Source: Chloroflexota bacterium (lineage in GTDB: Bacteria; Chloroflexota; Dormibacteria; Aeolococcales; Aeolococcaceae). Taken from it: 64,000 bases of DNA. A model generated the notes under the pieces. The model worked only from the letters and a program-made list of their open reading frames with translations. It was not told the DNA's origin and did no database searches. The position numbers and the translations under genes are program-made. This document shows positions 1-8,581 of this stretch, in pieces; positions within the stretch are counted from its first letter, which is position 1, and each line of letters begins with the position of its first letter. The stretch spans positions 29,025-93,024 of the forward strand of contig VBIQ01000009.1 in the NCBI GenBank assembly GCA_005880985.1. Direction: 5' to 3'.

Positions 1-103
1 ACCCTCCACATCCGCCTCGCCACCCTCGGCGCCGGAGCCGCCGCCACCTCCGGCGGATGCCGCCGGGCCGCAGCCGTCGCCGTTCGACCCCACCCGCGAA
101 CTG

Positions 104-1105
104 GTGATGGGCCGGCTCGTCGCGCTCGAGAATGCGACCGCTGGTTACGAAGCCGAGCTCGCCGAGACCGAAGCTGTGCGTTTTCAGTTACGGGACCGTG
201 CCGACGAGGCCGACGTCATCCGCCGCCATGCGATCAACAACCTCTGGCGCTTCACTCCGGATGACATCAACGAAGCGCTGGAGACGGTCATCGGCCTGCG
301 TGGCGACCTCTCGGTGCTGGAGGAGCGGATCCGCCATGCCACCGAGCGGCTGGCGGAGATGCGTGAGGAGCGGGAGTTCCTGACCCGACTGCTGCGAGCC
401 GTCGACGAGCTGCCGGCGTTGGACGGCGCCACCGTCGATGAGGAGGCCGCCCGCTTCCGCAGCGCCTCGCGACAGGTCTTCCAGATCATCGAAGAGGAGC
501 GGATGCGGATCGCCCGCGACATGCACGACGGGCCGGCCCAGTCGCTGGCCAACCTGGTGCTCCAGGCGGAGGTCCTCGAGCGGCTGCTCAGCCGCGATCC
601 CAAGCTGGTGGTCGACGAGCTCGCCGATTTCAAGGTCGGGGTCCGCGACGCCCTGGAGGAGACCCGCGACCTGATCTTCGACCTCCGTCCCATGACCCTC
701 GACGATCTCGGCCTGGTTCCCACCCTGCGCAAGTTCGTCAAGGAGTTCGGAGACAAGAGCGCCCTGACCGCCCGCTTCCACGTGGTCGGCGAGGAGCGCC
801 GGCTGCCGGGGAACTACGAGGCGGTGCTCTTCCGGATCATCCAGGAGGCGCTCACCAACGTGCGCAAGCACGCCCACGCCCGGACCGCGGAGGTCACCCT
901 CACCCTGCAGGCGAACCGGGTGGTCGCGGTGGTCAAGGATGACGGGGAGGGCTTCGACGTCGCCGCCACCGAGGCGCGCCTGGGACGCACCCGCAACCTG
1001 GGGCTGATCTCCATGCGCGAGCGCGCCGATCTCGAGAAGGGCTCCCTGGAGATCCGCTCCCAGGTGGGCAAGGGCACCGAGGTTCGGGTCACCTTCGACT
1101 ATTAG
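104..1105 (+). CDS. Cytoplasmic NarL/DegS-type sensor histidine kinase (HisKA_3 + HATPase_c)
   Basis: 333-aa ORF. H-box 'IARDMHDGPAQSLANL'; ATPase boxes 'EALTNVRKHA', 'DDGEGF', 'GLISMRERA', 'GKGTEV'. The N-terminal half is coiled-coil-like with no TM segment. The frame stays open to nt 2, so the true start may lie upstream of the window. Confidence 0.85.
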   Translation: MMGRLVALENATAGYEAELAETEAVRFQLRDRADEADVIRRHAINNLWRFTPDDINEALETVIGLRGDLSVLEERIRHATERLAEMREEREFLTRLLRAVDELPALDGATVDEEAARFRSASRQVFQIIEEERMRIARDMHDGPAQSLANLVLQAEVLERLLSRDPKLVVDELADFKVGVRDALEETRDLIFDLRPMTLDDLGLVPTLRKFVKEFGDKSALTARFHVVGEERRLPGNYEAVLFRIIQEALTNVRKHAHARTAEVTLTLQANRVVAVVKDDGEGFDVAATEARLGRTRNLGLISMRERADLEKGSLEIRSQVGKGTEVRVTFDY

Positions 1106-1107
1106 AC

Positions 1108-1129
1108 AGGAGGGCGGAACTGCCCTCCT
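1108..1129 (+). terminator. Possible terminator hairpin after the kinase gene
   Basis: aggagggc-ggaact-gccctcct, an 8-bp perfect stem directly after the stop codon. The U-tract is only weak (attgat). Confidence 0.35.
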
Positions 1130-1148
1130 ATTGATCTGGGGTCCCCCG

Positions 1149-1166
1149 CGAATCGCTCGCGATTCG
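1149..1166. promoter_or_regulatory. Perfect 8-bp inverted repeat with 2-nt spacer (cgaatcgc-tc-gcgattcg), candidate operator upstream of flp
   Basis: Read directly. The 2-nt spacer is too short for an RNA hairpin loop, so a dimeric DNA-binding-protein site is more likely. It lies ~170 nt upstream of the flp ATG. Confidence 0.3.
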
Positions 1167-1333
1167 TGGGGCATGTAAAGGACCGTCACAGGTTGTTACT
1201 GCTGCTTGCCACGTCGGCGACAGGTGCTGCAGACAGCCGCCTCCATACTCCGCAGCGTTGCTCCCAGAGTGGGGAACACCAGCGGGTGGTCCACAACCCC
1301 CCGACTACGGCAAGAAAGGAGGTGACACTGAAA

Positions 1334-1525
1334 ATGCTGAGCAGCCTGTATCTTCGGCTTCGTGAGCTTATGGCTCGTGCCCAGGAGCGCGAGGAGGGGC
1401 AGGGTATGGTCGAGTACGCCCTCATCCTGGTCCTGATCGCGGTTGTCGTCATCGTCATTCTGCAGATCGTTGGAAAGCAGGTCAACAACGTGTTCTCCAA
1501 CATCAGCAACGGCCTGAACCAGTAG
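1334..1525 (+). CDS. flp: Flp/Fap family type IVb pilin precursor
   Basis: 63 aa starting at the internal ATG, preceded by the SD aaggaggtg. Charged leader, then the Flp processing motif 'G|MVEYALILVLIAVVV' (G/xxxEY plus hydrophobic helix). The longer 1166 start of the track ORF lacks an SD. Confidence 0.9.
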   Translation: MLSSLYLRLRELMARAQEREEGQGMVEYALILVLIAVVVIVILQIVGKQVNNVFSNISNGLNQ

Positions 1526-1557
1526 TTCGACCGCTGCGCAACACGTGCAACTGAGAG

Positions 1558-1580
1558 GGGGGCCGCAACGGCCCCCTTTT
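1558..1580 (+). terminator. Rho-independent terminator/attenuator after flp
   Basis: gggggccg-caa-cggccccc followed by tttt. Typical of a highly expressed pilin gene ahead of assembly genes. Confidence 0.65.
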
Positions 1581-1789
1581 CTCGGGTGCTGCATAGGATC
1601 GACCGTCCGGAGACGGTCAAGGCACATCTCACGTAACGCTCAGAGAGTCTGAGCACTTCGGCCGAGGCGCTTCCCGGACCTCCCAAGGGTGCCGGGCTTG
1701 GTCAAAGAGTTAGGCGGGGAAACCCGATTCAAGCCGGCATGTCGACCACAACCAAGAACAGCGGTCGCACCGGAAGGAGGACTTAGGTA

Positions 1790-2629
1790 GTGGCCACGGA
1801 GGTCAAGCAACGTAACCCCCGCGTCCTGGTGGTCGTAGGCGCGGTTCTCGCGCTTGCCACCTTCGCGCTGGTCTTCTATATCTCGCGGAACAACACTTCC
1901 AGCGGGACCGGCAGCGTCAGCGGTGCAACCGTCTCGGTTGTCGTCGCCAAGAACGATCTCACCCAGGGCACTCAGCTCAACGCCGATGTGCTCAAGGTCG
2001 TCGCCCTTCCCTCGGATCGGGTGCCGGGCGGCACGTACAGCAGCGTCCAGTCGGTCAACGGCAAGTTCCTGGCCGTGGGCGCCACCGCCAACACCCCCAT
2101 CACCCAGAGCCTGCTGGTGGTCAGCAAGGATGCGGTCGCGAACGCGGCCCTCACCGAGCAGCCTCTGGATATCGCGGCGGGCAATGTCGCCGTCGCCATC
2201 CCCACCAACCAGGGCGGTATCAGCCATGACACCAGCCCTGATCTCACCACGGTGGGCAACAACATCCATGCCGAGGATCGGATCGACATCCTCATGACGA
2301 GCAACGGCAGCGTCCACCTTGCCTTCCAGGACCTCCGGGTCCTCCAGGTGGGTGTCCGCGGCGGTGCCGCGGCCGCCACGTCCCCGACCCTGCTGGTGGT
2401 CGAGGTCAACCGGGCGCAGGCCGAGCAGCTCACCTACCTGTTCGCCAAGAAGTTCAAGGCGGACGGTACCACCGAGGACAAGACGGCAGCCAACGCGATG
2501 ACCTTCGTCCTTCGCTCTCACAACGACTACAAGAAGGGTCCGCTGGACGCCGGCAATCCCAGTTCGAAGCAGGTCCAGGACACGCCGGTCAACGGCGCGG
2601 TCTTCGACTCCCTCTTCCCGGGCCGGTGA
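1790..2629 (+). CDS. cpaB: Flp pilus assembly protein CpaB/RcpC (N-terminal TM + SAF domain)
   Basis: 279 aa. Single N-terminal TM 'VLVVVGAVLALATFALVFYI', then a SAF-like 'VSVVVAKNDLTQGTQLNADVL...'. Positioned between flp and tadZ. Confidence 0.8.
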   Translation: MATEVKQRNPRVLVVVGAVLALATFALVFYISRNNTSSGTGSVSGATVSVVVAKNDLTQGTQLNADVLKVVALPSDRVPGGTYSSVQSVNGKFLAVGATANTPITQSLLVVSKDAVANAALTEQPLDIAAGNVAVAIPTNQGGISHDTSPDLTTVGNNIHAEDRIDILMTSNGSVHLAFQDLRVLQVGVRGGAAAATSPTLLVVEVNRAQAEQLTYLFAKKFKADGTTEDKTAANAMTFVLRSHNDYKKGPLDAGNPSSKQVQDTPVNGAVFDSLFPGR

Positions 2630-2690
2630 GAGGGGAGTAACTTCCCCTCCATCGGACGTCCCAAAGCAGCAGCTGGAGAGAGTTGACGAC

Positions 2691-3935
2691 ATGATCCGGG
2701 TCCTCATCGTCGACGACATCACGAGTACCCTCGACAACCTTCAGAAGTTGCTGGGTTTCGAGGACGACATCGAGGTCTGTGGTACCGCCTCCGACGGGAG
2801 GAGTGCCATTGAAGAGGCCAAGCGGCTTCGTCCCGATGTCGTCCTCATGGACGTCAACATGCCGCTGATGGACGGCATCCAGGCGACCGAACAGCTCGCC
2901 CAGGAAGTCCCGACATCACCGGTGATCATCATGTCGGTGCAGGGCGAGCGGGACTACCTGCGCCGCGCCATGCAGGCCGGTGCCCGCGAGTTCCTGATCA
3001 AGCCGTTCAGCGGCGATGAGCTGATCGCCTCCATCCGCCGCGTTCACCACCTCGAGCAGAAGAAGGAATCCTTCCTCACCGCCCAGGCGCCGGCTGCGGC
3101 GGCCGGCCCGGAGACGGGACGGCGCGGCGAGAAGGGGGAGGTCTTCCTGGTCTTCTCGGGGAAGGGGGGCATCGGCAAGAGCCTGGTCGCCTCCAACCTG
3201 GCGGTCGCCCTGGCCACCGAGACCGGCGCCAAGGTGGCGCTGGTCGACCTCGACCTGCAGTTCGGCGATGTCGGCGTGCTCCTCAACCTGGACCACGCCC
3301 GCAGCATCACCGACCTGGTCGAGGCCGGCGGCCCGGTCGACGGCGAGCTGCTCGACCAGGTGCTGGCCACCGGCCCCGAGGGGATCCGGGTGCTGCTGGC
3401 ACCGATCAGCCCCGAGCTGGCCGACCTGGTCACCGCCGACCATGTGCGCGCCGTGATGGAGGAGCTGCGGCGCAGCTTCGACTTCATCGTCGTCGACACC
3501 GCCTCGCACCTCGGCGAGCTCAACCTCGAGGTGATCGAGTCGGCCACCAAGGTGATCGTCATCACGGCGCTCACCATCCCCGCCGTGAAAGACACCAAGC
3601 TGACGCTCAAGGTGCTCGACTCGCTCAACGTCGACCACGGGCGGATCGTGCTGCTGCTCAACCGCAGCGACGCCCACGCCGACTTCAACAAGGATGCGGT
3701 CGAGCAGAACGTCCGCTTCAGCATCGCGCTACAGATGGCCCACGACCCTCGGGTGGTCGGCAATGCCGTCAATCGGGGAACGCCGTTCGTCACCCTCGCG
3801 CCCGAGGCCGAGATCAGCCGCAGCGTTCGCGAGCTGGTCAGCCGCCTGGTGCCGCTCGAGCAGTCGCTGACGGTGGTCGGAGCGGGAACCAGCGAGCGCA
3901 AGAAGTCTCGACTCTTCGGGTTCGGGCGGGGGTAA
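2691..3935 (+). CDS. cpaE: Response-regulator receiver domain fused to CpaE/TadZ ParA/MinD-type ATPase
   Basis: 414 aa. REC signature is complete (DD at 8-9, 'VVLMDVNMP' acceptor Asp, 'IIMS', 'LIKPF'). Deviant Walker A 'SGKGGIGKS'. Sits in the tad context. Confidence 0.9.
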   Translation: MIRVLIVDDITSTLDNLQKLLGFEDDIEVCGTASDGRSAIEEAKRLRPDVVLMDVNMPLMDGIQATEQLAQEVPTSPVIIMSVQGERDYLRRAMQAGAREFLIKPFSGDELIASIRRVHHLEQKKESFLTAQAPAAAAGPETGRRGEKGEVFLVFSGKGGIGKSLVASNLAVALATETGAKVALVDLDLQFGDVGVLLNLDHARSITDLVEAGGPVDGELLDQVLATGPEGIRVLLAPISPELADLVTADHVRAVMEELRRSFDFIVVDTASHLGELNLEVIESATKVIVITALTIPAVKDTKLTLKVLDSLNVDHGRIVLLLNRSDAHADFNKDAVEQNVRFSIALQMAHDPRVVGNAVNRGTPFVTLAPEAEISRSVRELVSRLVPLEQSLTVVGAGTSERKKSRLFGFGRG

Positions 3936-3938
3936 CCG

Positions 3939-5507
3939 ATGTCGCTTCTCGACCGCGTTCAACGCCACGCCCTCGACGGCAGCGGCACGCTGACCAGCGA
4001 GCCGGCGGTGCCCAGCAACGCCGAGACGCCGGCGCCACCTGTCGCGGCGCCACCGGCACCGCCGGCTGAGCCGAACCCCGCCACGACGGCGGCTCCGGCC
4101 GCTGCGGCCAGCTCGACGTCGAGCCGGCTGACGCCCGCCGCCGTCGGCCCCGGGGCGCATCGCCCCGGCGGGTCGGCGCTGCTGGCACGCACCGGACTGC
4201 AGCGGGCAGGGTCACGTCCCGCGCTGCAGGCGCAGTACGTCACCCTGCGGGCTCGGGTCCACACCATGCTGGTCGAGGAGCTGGTCGAGGTCGAGAACGC
4301 CTCCGAGGAGGTCGTCGTCGCCAAGATCGCCGAGCTGGTCAACCAGGTGGCGGCCGAGATGACCCTGACCCTGACGCGGCAGGACAAGCAGCGCATCGTC
4401 GAGGCCCTGGTCAACGACGTGCTCGGGCTTGGTCCGCTCGAGGCGCTGCTCAGCGACCCGGAGATCACCGAGGTGATGATCAACGGGCCCAAGCAGATCT
4501 ACGTCGAGCAGCACGGCAAGATCACTCGGAGCAACACCGAGTTCGAGAACAACGAGCAGCTGCTGCAGGTCATCGACCGGATCGTCAGCACCGTCGGTCG
4601 CCGGGTCGACGAGTCGTCGCCCATGGTCGACTGCCGCCTCAAGGACGGGTCGCGCGTCAACGTGATCATCCCGCCGCTCTCGCTGAAGGGCCCGGTGATC
4701 ACCATCCGCAAGTTCGCCAAGGACCCCCTGCAGGTCTCCGATCTGATCAAGCTCGGGTCGGTCACCCAGCCGATGATCGACTTCCTCCGCTCCTGCGTCC
4801 GCGCCCGGATGAACATCATCGTCAGCGGCGGAACCGGTTCGGGAAAGACGACCACCCTCAACGTGCTCAGCGGCTTCATCCCGCCAGACGAGCGCATCGT
4901 CACCGTCGAGGATGCCGCCGAGCTGCAGCTCCGCCAGGAGCACGTCGTCACCCTCGAGACCCGTCCCGCCAACGTCGAGGGGCGCGGTGCCGTCCACATC
5001 CGTGAGCTGGTGATCAACTCCCTGCGCATGCGTCCCGACCGGATCGTCGTCGGCGAGTGCCGCGGCGGTGAGGCCCTGGACATGCTGCAGGCGATGAACA
5101 CCGGTCACGACGGATCGCTGACCACCGTCCACGCCAACTCCCCGGTCGACGCCCTCTCGCGCCTCGAGACGATGGTGCTCATGGCCGGCGCCGACCTGCC
5201 CTCGCGGGCGATCCGCGAGCAGATCGGCTCCGCCATCAACCTCATCGTCCAGCAGGCCCGGATGCGCGACGGCAGCCGCAAGGTCACCCACATCGCCGAG
5301 GTGCTGGGCTGCCAGGGCGACCACGTGGTCGTGCAGGGCGTCTTCGCTTTCCGGCAGTCCGGCGTCGACGAGGACGGACGTGTTCTCGGCGAGCTGATGC
5401 CCACCGGCGTTGTGCCCAAGTGTCTCGAGTTTCTCCACGCCAGCGGGGAGGGACTCGACGAGGCCATCTTCCACCCGACGCCCGCTGTCGCTGTTGTCGA
5501 GGGGTAG
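3939..5507 (+). CDS. cpaF: CpaF/TadA secretion ATPase (type II/IV secretion NTPase) with Pro/Ala-rich N-terminal extension
   Basis: 522 aa. Walker A 'SGGTGSGKTT', 'VGECRGGEALDMLQAMNTGHDGSLTTVHAN'. The first ~100 aa are low-complexity P/A-rich. Confidence 0.95.
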   Translation: MSLLDRVQRHALDGSGTLTSEPAVPSNAETPAPPVAAPPAPPAEPNPATTAAPAAAASSTSSRLTPAAVGPGAHRPGGSALLARTGLQRAGSRPALQAQYVTLRARVHTMLVEELVEVENASEEVVVAKIAELVNQVAAEMTLTLTRQDKQRIVEALVNDVLGLGPLEALLSDPEITEVMINGPKQIYVEQHGKITRSNTEFENNEQLLQVIDRIVSTVGRRVDESSPMVDCRLKDGSRVNVIIPPLSLKGPVITIRKFAKDPLQVSDLIKLGSVTQPMIDFLRSCVRARMNIIVSGGTGSGKTTTLNVLSGFIPPDERIVTVEDAAELQLRQEHVVTLETRPANVEGRGAVHIRELVINSLRMRPDRIVVGECRGGEALDMLQAMNTGHDGSLTTVHANSPVDALSRLETMVLMAGADLPSRAIREQIGSAINLIVQQARMRDGSRKVTHIAEVLGCQGDHVVVQGVFAFRQSGVDEDGRVLGELMPTGVVPKCLEFLHASGEGLDEAIFHPTPAVAVVEG

Positions 5508-5510
5508 GAG

Positions 5511-6485
5511 ATGAACCTGACGATGCTGATCCTCGGGTTGATGGGGGCCGGTGGCATCCTGCTGGTCTTCGTCGGCCTTTCGCAGCCGCGCACCGCCGGT
5601 GACGAGATGCAGCGCCGGTTGGAGCGCTATTCGGATCTCGGGGGCGGCGACAGCGCCCGGGACGTGACCGCCGGATACGACGTCAAGGACACCTACGAGC
5701 GGTTCTCCGAGGGCCTCAACCGGCTGCTCTCGCGCTTCTCCAGCACCGGCAAGCTCGCCGACGACCTCGCTCGCGCCGACCTGAAGATGAAGCCGTCGGA
5801 ATGGCTGATGGCGGTGATCGGCGGTGGCGCCCTGCTCGGCTTCCTGCTGGCCTGGCGATTCGCCACTCCGATTGCCTTCCTCCCCGCCGTCCCGGGCGCC
5901 TACTTCGGCAGCGGCTTCGCCCTCAAGTTCCTGCAGCGCCGCCGGGCGCGCGCCTTCGACAAGCAGCTGGGCGACACCATCATCCTGCTCAGCAACGCCC
6001 TCAAGGCGGGCTACTCCTTCGCCCAGGCGATGAGCACGGTCAGCAAGACCGCCAGTCCGCCCATCGCCGACGAGTTCGCCCGCGGCACGCGGGAGATCGC
6101 CCTCGGCATCAACGTCGACGACGCCCTCAACCACATGGTCAAGCGCAACCAGTCGGAGGACTTCGACCTGATGGTGACCGCGGTGCAGATCCACCGCGTG
6201 GTCGGCGGCAACCTGGCCGAGATCCTCGACACCATCGCCTTCACCATCCGTGAGCGGGTGCGCATCAAGGGCGAGATCCGCACCTTGACCGCGCAGGCGC
6301 GTGCCTCGGGCTGGATCATCACCTGCCTGCCCATCGGCCTCGCCGCCGTCCTCTCGGTGATCTCGCCCGCGTACTTCACCCCGATGTTCCACGAGACCAT
6401 CGGCATCATCATGCTGGCGATCGGCGGCTTCTCCATGGCCGTTGGATTCGCCATCATCCAGAAAATCGTCAAGATCGAGGTCTGA
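5511..6485 (+). CDS. tadB: TadB (type II secretion system F-family platform protein)
   Basis: 324 aa, polytopic, T2SSF-like core. 3-nt gap to cpaF. Confidence 0.85.
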   Translation: MNLTMLILGLMGAGGILLVFVGLSQPRTAGDEMQRRLERYSDLGGGDSARDVTAGYDVKDTYERFSEGLNRLLSRFSSTGKLADDLARADLKMKPSEWLMAVIGGGALLGFLLAWRFATPIAFLPAVPGAYFGSGFALKFLQRRRARAFDKQLGDTIILLSNALKAGYSFAQAMSTVSKTASPPIADEFARGTREIALGINVDDALNHMVKRNQSEDFDLMVTAVQIHRVVGGNLAEILDTIAFTIRERVRIKGEIRTLTAQARASGWIITCLPIGLAAVLSVISPAYFTPMFHETIGIIMLAIGGFSMAVGFAIIQKIVKIEV

Positions 6486-6488
6486 GAG

Positions 6489-7412
6489 ATGGTCCTGAGC
6501 ATCGCCCTCGCGATCCTCGCCGCATCGAGCGTTCTGCTGATCATGCGCGGACTGTCCAGCCAGCCGGTGGACCTCCTCGAAGCCCGCCTCGCGCAGTTCG
6601 GCGATCACGAGCTGACGCTGGACGAGATGGAGCTGTCGCTGCCGTTCGTGGACCGCGTCATCCGGCCCTTCGTCGATCGCATCGGCAACGCGGCGGTGCG
6701 GCGCACCCCCGCCAACCAGCTGACCGAGCTGCAGGAGAGGATCGCCCTCGCCGGACGGCCCTACGGGCTCTCGGTGGGCAGCTTCCTCGCTCTGCGCTTC
6801 TTCATCCTGCCGCCCGCCCTCGGTCTTCTCTTCTACGCCCTGGCGAACGCCGCCGGCTACAGCGGCGGCATCGCCGGACTGGCGGTGCTGCTGGGAGCGG
6901 TGGTCGGCTTCTACCTGCCCAAGACCGTGGTCGATCGCAAGATCAAGGCACGGCGCAAGGAGATCCTGCTCGGACTTCCCAACGCGCTCGACCTGCTGAC
7001 CATCAGCGTGGAGGCCGGTCTCGGCTTCGACGCGGCCATGGCCCGGGTCTGCGAGAAGTACAAGAACGCGCTGTCGATGGAGTTCGCCCAGGTCCTCAGC
7101 GAGATCCGGCTCGGCCGTCCCCGCCTCGAGGCGCTCGAGGACATGGGCCGGCGCAGCGGGGTCGAGGAGCTCAACAACTTCGTGCAGGCGATCGTGCAGT
7201 CGGAGCAGCTGGGCGTCGGCATCGCCAACGTACTGCGCATCCAGTCAGAGGAGATGCGCCGCCGCCGCCGTCAGCGTGCCGAGGAACAGGGACAGAAGGC
7301 GCCGCTGAAGATGCTCTTCCCGATGGTGGGATGCATCTTCCCGACCCTCTTCATCGTCCTCCTCGGGCCGGCCGTCATCTCCGTCTCGCACAGCATCCTC
7401 AGCCCGAAGTAG
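6489..7412 (+). CDS. tadC: TadC (type II secretion system F-family platform protein)
   Basis: 307 aa, polytopic, T2SSF-like ('LPNALDLLTISVEAGLGFDAAM'). 3-nt gap to tadB. Confidence 0.85.
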   Translation: MVLSIALAILAASSVLLIMRGLSSQPVDLLEARLAQFGDHELTLDEMELSLPFVDRVIRPFVDRIGNAAVRRTPANQLTELQERIALAGRPYGLSVGSFLALRFFILPPALGLLFYALANAAGYSGGIAGLAVLLGAVVGFYLPKTVVDRKIKARRKEILLGLPNALDLLTISVEAGLGFDAAMARVCEKYKNALSMEFAQVLSEIRLGRPRLEALEDMGRRSGVEELNNFVQAIVQSEQLGVGIANVLRIQSEEMRRRRRQRAEEQGQKAPLKMLFPMVGCIFPTLFIVLLGPAVISVSHSILSPK

Positions 7413-7433
7413 CCGCCGGCGGAGCGGCGCTCG

Positions 7434-8087
7434 TCAGCCGCGAGCGGCCCCCGCCAGCCGGTGGCGTCCCACCTGGGCGCCGCCGGGGCGCCCCCGCTTG
7501 ATCTCGAACAGCGGCTGCTGAGCCAGCAACCAGGCGAGGTGGTCCCACAGCTGCGCGGCCGCCTCCTGCTCCATGCGCCGGTCGATGATCGGACCGAAGA
7601 AGGCGGGACCCCCCTCGACGCGCACCGTCGGCACGCCGAAGGCACCGGCATCGACCGCGGTCCGGTGCGCCTCGGCGAGGGCGATGAGCGTGGCGGGGTC
7701 GGCCAGCGCCCGTCCGGCCAGCTCTGGGTCGAGGCCCGCGGCAGCGGCGCAGGCGCGCAGCACGGCCTCGTCTCCGAGCGGCTCGGCGCGTTCCTGGTAC
7801 GCCTCACCGATCTCGCGGTAGAGGGCGGTGAGGGCCGGGCTGCCACCCTCGCGCTCCGCCGCCACCAGGCAGCGCAGCGCCTGCTCGCCGGCCTGGTGCG
7901 CGGCGCGCGAGCGCTCGTCCTTCTCGCGGTCGCGGTTGATCTCCGCCAGCGAGAAGACGCGGGTGGTGAGCGCAAGCGGCCGGACCGCCGCGACCTGCTG
8001 CAGCCAGTTCCATGTCAGCCACGCCCACGGACAGCTGGGATCGACGTGGATGTCGACCGCGACCGGATCATCGCTGCGCCGCGCCAT
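7434..8087 (-). CDS. DsbA-like thioredoxin-fold protein, single-Cys 'CPWA' variant
   Basis: Start placed at 'MARRSDDPVAVDIHVDPSCPWAWLTWNWL', with GGAGG upstream. This N-terminal motif is typical of actinobacterial DsbA-family proteins. The longer track start at 8171 was rejected. Confidence 0.65.
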   Translation of the reverse strand: MARRSDDPVAVDIHVDPSCPWAWLTWNWLQQVAAVRPLALTTRVFSLAEINRDREKDERSRAAHQAGEQALRCLVAAEREGGSPALTALYREIGEAYQERAEPLGDEAVLRACAAAAGLDPELAGRALADPATLIALAEAHRTAVDAGAFGVPTVRVEGGPAFFGPIIDRRMEQEAAAQLWDHLAWLLAQQPLFEIKRGRPGGAQVGRHRLAGAARG

Positions 8088-8206
8088 CGTGCCCTCCTCG
8101 ATGAAGCGCTCCGAGCCTACGCCACTCGACGTCGATGGGGTGAGGCGGCCGGACCCGCCGCCGGCCGACAATGGCAGCCGGCCGGCGGCGAGGTGGAGGT
8201 GTGGTG

Positions 8207-8554
8207 ATGGAGGTGCGGCGCCTGCAGACGGCGGAGGGCGTCGAGGTGGCGGATCACGTCGAGCTCGCGCGCTCGCTCTGGCACCGCACCGTCGGGCTGA
8301 TGGGACGCAGCGAGCTTCCCGCCGGGCACGGCCTGGCGATCACCCCCTGCAACTCGATCCACATGTTCTTCATGCGCTTCCCCCTCGACGTCGCCTTCCT
8401 CGATCGCGACGGGCAGGTGCTGCGCGCCTATCACGGCATCCGGCCATGGCGGGTCAGCCGGGTGGTGCGCCGCGCCCGATCCGCCATCGAGCTGCCCGCG
8501 GGCACCCTGGCCGCCGCCGGGGTGGGGGAGGGGAGCGCGCTGCGGCTGGTGTGA
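8207..8554 (+). CDS. DUF192 (COG1430) domain protein
   Basis: 'GLMGR..LP...GL.I.PCNSIHMFFMRFPLDVAFLD..G.V' is the DUF192 core. The start (8171 vs 8207) is uncertain. Confidence 0.7.
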   Translation: MEVRRLQTAEGVEVADHVELARSLWHRTVGLMGRSELPAGHGLAITPCNSIHMFFMRFPLDVAFLDRDGQVLRAYHGIRPWRVSRVVRRARSAIELPAGTLAAAGVGEGSALRLV

Positions 8555-8581
8555 TCCTCTAGCCGCAACTACACTACAAAT

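Noticed and set aside
4212-6608. Very long antisense or alternative-frame ORFs throughout the track. Examples: 4212-6608(-) 798 aa, 9329-11572(-) 747 aa, 13196-15724(-) 842 aa, 8117-9178(-), 15896-17353(-), 22744-24360(-), 10846-12384(+), 44822-46480(+) N-terminal part.
   Set aside because: Their translations are Arg/Gly/Pro/Ala/Asp low-complexity strings with no motifs. They lie opposite or out of frame to genes with unambiguous family signatures. This is the expected stop-codon-poor shadow-ORF artefact of high-G+C DNA.
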